Assembly (NCBI GenBank): GCA_001643675.2
Contig: LSRY02000013.1
Location: forward strand, 1,116,001 to 1,180,000
Length of the DNA stretch: 64,000 nt
Reading direction: 5' to 3'
Origin: Monocercomonoides exilis PA203
Taxonomy: Eukaryota > Protista > Preaxostyla
Of the stretch, positions 60,201 through 64,000 are shown in pieces (the first letter of the stretch is position 1; each line of letters starts with the position of its first letter). Position numbers and translations under genes: made by a program. The notes under the pieces were generated by a model. It worked only from the letters and a program-made list of their open reading frames with translations. It was not told the origin of the DNA and made no database searches.

Positions 60201-61633
60201 ACTCATCGCTTTGGATTCTGAATGATGAATGCACCCTGGGTGGAATATCAGGAGAAAGGCAATCTCCTTTCTTCATTCCAAAGCTCGAAGAGGCATCTCT
60301 CATTGAAAACGGAAACAATGTTTCAATAAAACTCAAGGGAGCACTTCTTCTTCCTTGTGATTTGTCATTCATGCTGATGTATAAAACAGGAGATGTGGAG
60401 TTGGTTGAGGCACATCAGTTTGAAGAAGATGGTTTTGTTTCAGAAACGGAAGTGCTTGGGACAATCTCATCAGAAAATATTTCAAAGATTGGAGAAGAAA
60501 CAGAGGTTTCTGTGATGATTCTGTTTGGAAAACAATTGGAATCCACTTCTCCACAGATACTGAAGAACAGAAGTGATTCCAAGGTGAATGGAGATGAAAG
60601 GATTTCTGAGGGAGGAAAAGAAGAGAAATCAACATGGAATTTGATTGTGATTGTTGTGATGGGTGTGCTGTTTGTGATATTCATGTTTATATTTGCTGCA
60701 GTTGTTGTGCTTTTGCGAAAGAAACTGAAGGAAATGGAAAAGAAAGTTGAGAAAGAGAGATTGGAAAATGAGGAGATAATGGGGAAGCTTGAGAGGAGAA
60801 GAAGGGAAAACAATGGAGGGAGCTTTGAGATGAGTGACATGCCATCAACATTGCTGGAAGGGATGACGAGTCAAATACCTCTGTTGATCGACAACGACGA
60901 AGAAGATGGGATGGAAGCAGGAGGAATGAGAGATGAGGAGCCGAATGAAAATGATGTTTCATATTCAGAATCTCCATTACCATTTTCTGAGAATGCTTCT
61001 GCTTCTGGAATACCACAATCACATTCATTCAACGTGATATCAGCGAAGAATCCATTTCGAGAGAAGGAGAAAAAGAACATCAAAACATTGTATTCGGCGA
61101 TTCATTCCGTTCAAGGTAATTTCACCATGGGAACAAGAGCGATGGATGTTGTTGATGGGAAGAAGGTGGTTTTGGCAGTTGCAGAGCTGTTTGAGCATTT
61201 GATTTCAGTTGGAGACGAAAGGGTGGAAATGATGGCAAGACAGCTGTGCCCATATGCAATCTTTGTTGAGGAAGGAAATGAAAATGAAATCTACCTATTG
61301 TCAGAGGAATTAGAGGAAGAGAAACAGAAAGAGGAAATGAAGCGATGGAAGGCACCTGAAGCGGGAGATGAAGAAGAGGGAATTGAAAAGGCAGTTGTTT
61401 TCACACTTGGACTGATTCTGCATGAGATGACAACCGGGGAAGTGCCTTTGAGTGAATGCAATGCAGAAGAAGCGCAGGAGATGATGAGGGATGGGGTGCG
61501 ACCGCTGACAGAAGGAATCGAAGGAACAGAAATGGTTGAGGTGATGGAGAAGATGTGGACAGATGAGCCAAATGACAGACCCAGTTTGGTGGAAGTGATA
61601 AGTTCATTTGACGGAACTATTGAGGTACTTTGA
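54209..61633 (+). CDS. Giant single-pass membrane protein R3: signal peptide, beta-helix/CGxxxxPC ectodomain, TM segment, C-terminal pseudokinase
   Basis: Open frame of about 2474 aa from ATG 54209 (MLLFIFACLILG) with four CG...PC modules. TM is LIVIVVMGVLFVIFMFIFAAVVVLL. The RWKAPE tail is nearly identical to that of R1. Confidence 0.88.
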   Translation: MLLFIFACLILGKTFEAQYVSGSATFQSKGILSNCNFFNNSLYLCSGYSNDAQYLSETDANYLSERNALLEVKRLQSGLSTVKNTFLGLHNSTVGLKNVAIEHSSSACVLITDKSNLMLDSCISHRKSESPFLLQSGAICFTNMSLIPQKNLNPSSLIFSSDDSNIAVLRNSIVADLTVSSSDYFLLSGKSKMEQIHDCVFKNMSVKLDNNSDYQMAHSCLLSLMENCLIYSSVNVFEGGISSGSYSSAEFNCKNTTIRNGKREANTLKKKVHIDSTANKSFSLCEWIDCIAEQGGALYVHDNEKAILRVENSSFTRCNASSTRGGGIYALKIAECIVLHSSFSQCTCASLKGDGGGGGIRVENVYVQSMVDDCTFRNCSSGNDGGAMDIRPTNTKRQKECIINSLFDNCRSNHSTNGIGGAIEHFFATDKVVFSNCKFCNCYSMNGAGAVYQQINSNNNGTLFYFCFFHNNSCMKGGHDIVLQDSTSNNIDSTCYSTRNTTNRVSTDTYAVIDKSEWLRNDFGIMRFVSSTETQPYATDTYACGLNEIHPCGTLRHCLTQLIPDIATDIEILTGTITETKKVDCGINTFTIYGQSDLSSTVQIEFEASGLSLFSVSAGTLTARDFVLVHDSVHLNNRGSRLFEITGAGEMHISGLNISFGSGQSSETAFTTELINVQSGMLKMENVNCAKTISTVSLFSLSSTNEISLTLSECTFIGIERTTSGAAVISFSNDKANIDLNSSTFEGCGCRTSTDGGSIMLCVGNGNEVKVKGGSFDGCYCSATYGFGGGILLRLLNENPDFLISSSFGTNTAKWGSDIFVLSQNLEVIVNPQKISCVSASLDSVDKVRGYDNGNTSVAIPLCIYLLPTPEEIYVSNSEASDHSHCGIVQFPCLTMKHSLTRQTGTKKVVVNGMVAMSDELDFIDQKHEIKGNDDQSGWTVSDSSSTSNSSMISANVETVLSTLIFSLPSSFSSHSIFISSSSQLSLSHCSLILQNSLSELTFLFLSVESETLYIDSFSASSIDLSGSPLISLSGSGTSTESMSTKWLNMTNSIFSEIERAAGSGGCVSIDNSNDENRNTQINIEKCDFDGCSVLNDESRGGAINAQLKGNTQLNIISCTFTECTAPTGEEEKTGFGGGMALKLIDDYSSFMISSPIFEADKPNVARYGNDLFVEALNLTKSITNTSLPFVSENLSDISLNSMRGFDGIDTTNAIPLVYFWRTFGSEIFIERDGKDVCICGLSDYPCLSIDYSLNRLPEGNERKITIIGKGILQKCVDLSGISISSNNIDMCSLECYSSLGGTDEAVMKISGTTNFELIDFAIPTSFENRMNVLMHVGSSEGLLTVKDCSFTKMEESVKDIINYGLIKADGGTVQLEFATMQSFSFAKDVICVLPTTILYVKNLTMKNVYLNGASGLRISKSSGREKNEEEQDVLIEWSSFEEVTQNTTDDIPIIRNTNDEPLKMVIRNTTMKRCGGLKCGKGGGMFCGLNEGGSFDCSFCTISESFCSTTGRGVWMFLECSSVAEKPLNFVLSNITFRDNSAFRGGDVYMRCHSIETQIVEEQFLLDFRAPFVKELAMWGCTTDSFIGEEDLLLRVMRYQSETIFVSSVADNHTDSKQCGEFNAPCQSMDVGVQHIIPSSYSQLLIAKGTIVNGECSAHNVSIHSLESPSAASVHLNSTITGEGSLITTSEKVRIESVKFFFGKSFSYSGSSIIHEASGQLSLSIVDFSSVVESNSIPSVALNSSLLSIANGILHVDNCSLSLLSFKEPSLLCNGDEINITNFKLEQIESITDIFVIGQCKEVAFNWVVADEVELSEGCIIAIHGSNSGTTSIGISSFNNCSRNSGGPSVLSVSSTSAQKTLSNCTCTNCVSLSEKGSVVEVSNATNVLMDLCRFIGVLEKEKESDRINSFEEICKWNGSLVHLANSSLVLKDVTISNSSSGGITISGGNFIIEAGNFSSNNPFVQKYPSLRRNIICSDSASLTISSLKGGDGVKDNSSLWILNDECTLGGISGERQSPFFIPKLEEASLIENGNNVSIKLKGALLLPCDLSFMLMYKTGDVELVEAHQFEEDGFVSETEVLGTISSENISKIGEETEVSVMILFGKQLESTSPQILKNRSDSKVNGDERISEGGKEEKSTWNLIVIVVMGVLFVIFMFIFAAVVVLLRKKLKEMEKKVEKERLENEEIMGKLERRRRENNGGSFEMSDMPSTLLEGMTSQIPLLIDNDEEDGMEAGGMRDEEPNENDVSYSESPLPFSENASASGIPQSHSFNVISAKNPFREKEKKNIKTLYSAIHSVQGNFTMGTRAMDVVDGKKVVLAVAELFEHLISVGDERVEMMARQLCPYAIFVEEGNENEIYLLSEELEEEKQKEEMKRWKAPEAGDEEEGIEKAVVFTLGLILHEMTTGEVPLSECNAEEAQEMMRDGVRPLTEGIEGTEMVEVMEKMWTDEPNDRPSLVEVISSFDGTIEVL

Positions 61634-62153
61634 TCCTGATTAGATTTAATTCTTTATTTCTTGTCTGAGTGATTGAAGAATTGAGCAGAACGTTGGAAAT
61701 GATGGTTTATAAAAATATTGCAGACCTTGTGATTTGTTTTAAATACAACCTTATTGAACTTCCTAGCCGTGCAGAAAATTTTATGGAATGATAATTCAAA
61801 TTTATGTAACTGTACAATCAATTTCACAATTTTTTAATGTGTATATCCTTTCGTTTTGAGGTTCCATATCTCTAAAATAAGCTCACTAAATTTGTTTTAT
61901 TAAAGTGAATGTGGTTATTTTTTTATCAGTATTTTTTTTGTGTTTTTTGATTGAAATTTTTTATCTGTATTCATTTTTTGTTTTATGTATCTTTAATATA
62001 AATGAATTTTCAGTGAATTCACTTGAATTCTGGATGGAAATTCTCGCGTGGTGCTTCCATAAATTGTTGCATTTTTCTTTGATTTAATTCTCTTCTACAG
62101 AATAATTTCTCCTTTTGTTTTATCAAACGTTTTTCTGATTCATCAAAAATAAT

Positions 62154-62200
<47 letters not shown>

Positions 62201-62468
62201 TAGTTTTAACAAAGCAATGATAAAAACTCTTCGCAAGACAATAAAAGTGGAAAAGATTGAAAACGAAAAAAGTAGAAAGAATGTGTGGATATATTTTTTT
62301 CATTTTTGATAAAAACTTTTTCTTAATCCAAACTTCTTCTCCATTATTATCGAAATGAATCTAACATTATGATCCAAAATTATAAAAAATTGAAAAATTA
62401 TTGAATGATAAATTAAATTCAAAAATGAAGAATAGAAAAAATTTTGAAGCAAAAAAAAAGCATATTTA

Positions 62469-62780
62469 TGGTTATAATTTTTTTACGGGACTATTTGACA
62501 AATTGGAATTTTTTTGTTTTTGCTTTCCTTCTGCTGAAAAGCATTGTTTGGAATTCAATAATTTGAAAAACATTTTTGAAAGATTCACACAATTTATTTT
62601 TAGTTTGTTTTTTTAAAATTGCTTATTTCACACTGAAAATTTTCGTTTTTCTGTTAAATAAAAAAGGACTATTTCCAACCAACCAGGCATAGCAAAAGAA
62701 ATATATGACTTGTTTTTATTATCATGAACTATTATTTAGACTTTTTGGTTCTTTTTTTCAATAAGCAATTTCAATGAAAT
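62469..62780 (+). mobile_element. Degenerate left TIR related to the inner GGGTCA foldback
   Basis: Colinear similarity to 51320-51620: TTTTACGGGACTATTT vs TTTAATGGGACTTTTT, and CGTTTTTCTGTTAAATAAAAAAGGACTATTTCCAACCAACCAGGCA vs CGTTTTTTTGTTAAATTTGAAAGGACTTTTACCAGCCAACTAGGCA. Confidence 0.65.
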
Positions 62781-63624
62781 ATTTTTTCGTTTATATTTTC
62801 GAATAGCACGCAAGAACAAAATTGATTGTTTCTATGCAAATGTGTGATAATATTTGAAATTATGACTATTAAAGGTGTGTTGACTATTTTGAAAATTTCA
62901 AGAAATAGAAAATATAATTTTCATTGGAATGTTTTGTTCGTCACAATTATTTTTTATGAAAAAGTTAGATGTGAAGGAAATACAAAGATGTTTTAAATCG
63001 GAGTTTTCACTTTTCTGTGTTCATCAACTGGCATTTGAAGTGAATATTCAAATCGAACTTTTAATTAATATAATTATGATATCAAAAAAAATCACCCATT
63101 TTTTTGAAAAGTTCCTTTTGTCAGATTTTAAAATAAAATAAAAAATTTTGATTTTAATCAAATTTCTGTTTCAGCTCACAAATCATCTCAAGAATGTTTG
63201 AAATAGCATTATCAAGTAACAGTTTCCATTTTTGTGAAGTTTGATATTAGTAAAAAAAAACATATTTAGCAAAATATGAAATTTTTGATTTATTCAAAAT
63301 TAAACATTTGAGACTTTTCAAAAAGAATCACGCATATATATATGAATTCAATTGATAAAAATAAACACATTTTGAAACAAACCAGATTTCGCATGGGGGA
63401 AGAGATGGGGGGGTTTAGCCCATTCGTTGAACTTCTGTGTGGAATTGGAGGGTAACATGGGGCATAAAACCTTCAGTTTGTTAAAAATATAATTTTTCGA
63501 TTTTTTTTCATTTCATTTCAATAAAAAAAATAAAAAATTTTTATGATCTTAAAAATATGATTAAAAAATGAAAATATCAACAGAAATAAAATTAAAAGAA
63601 GGTAAGAAAAAACTGCAGCGCGCA

Positions 63625-64000
63625 ATGTCTTCGCGTAAGTACAGGAAGAATCACAGTCGGCTGGAGTGAATGGCTCACAACGTTGTCGATGGAGTTGTTC
63701 ACATGACGGATGCAATTAATTCCAAGGAATTCAGCCGCACAGGTGTCAAAAATGCTGTGAGAGCTCTCAGAAAAGGAAGGCTGGCGGGAAAAGTTGGCAG
63801 ACCAGCAACAGTTGTTGGAGAAAAGGAACAAAGAGTTCTAGACATTATTCACATTGAAGCAAAGTCTGGAACACGTTAAACTCTAAAAAAAAAACAAGAG
63901 AATTGGTTTGTTTAATATTTATAAATATGTTTTTCCCATTTGTTTTTCAGATTGAAAATGTGAAAAACGACAACGATGATGAAGACGCACCATTTACTGA
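63625..64000 (+). pseudogene. Possible pogo/Tc1-type transposase N-terminus (HTH + GRP linker), degenerate, runs off the window
   Basis: Translation is MSSRKYRKNHSRLE*MAHNVVDG...FSRTGVKNAVRALRKGRLAGKVGRPATVVGEKEQRVLDII. The helix, GRP and E-E-x-x-V/L pattern is typical of pogo-family DNA-binding domains. In-frame stops occur at 63667 and 63877, with an intron-like GTTTG...TTTCAG at about 63906-63950. Confidence 0.5.

Noticed and set aside
63390-63465. G-rich patch as a G-quadruplex or promoter
   Set aside because: The G-runs are too widely and irregularly spaced and there is no supporting evidence.
1-64000. Alternative genetic code (TAA/TAG = Gln, as in some oxymonads and diplomonads)
   Set aside because: Multi-kb ORFs are free of in-frame TAA/TAG, and NAC-alpha ends at TAA right after its UBA domain.

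Overview
AT-rich eukaryotic genomic DNA with short GT-AG spliceosomal introns, the standard genetic code and many microsatellites. The gene families resemble those of the oxymonad Monocercomonoides exilis or a close relative; this is my inference from recognising the families, not a database result. Contents: (1) a NAC-alpha gene. (2) Three giant (about 2500-3150 aa) single-pass receptor-like genes, each with Cys/Gly-rich beta-helix-like ectodomain modules and a dead kinase C-lobe, plus a decayed fourth copy. The third gene looks like a mosaic of the other two. (3) Two intact 3-exon members and two relics of a helical-repeat family, with a 260-bp near-identical tract shared between an intact gene and a relic. 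(4) A gene with 23 tandem 30-aa ankyrin-like repeats whose variation falls at DARPin-type binding positions. (5) A 359-bp TA-flanked MITE, two nested GGGTCA-ended foldback elements, and, at the right edge, a decayed related terminal repeat followed by a pogo/Tc1-like transposase relic. (6) Several hypothetical or decayed genes.
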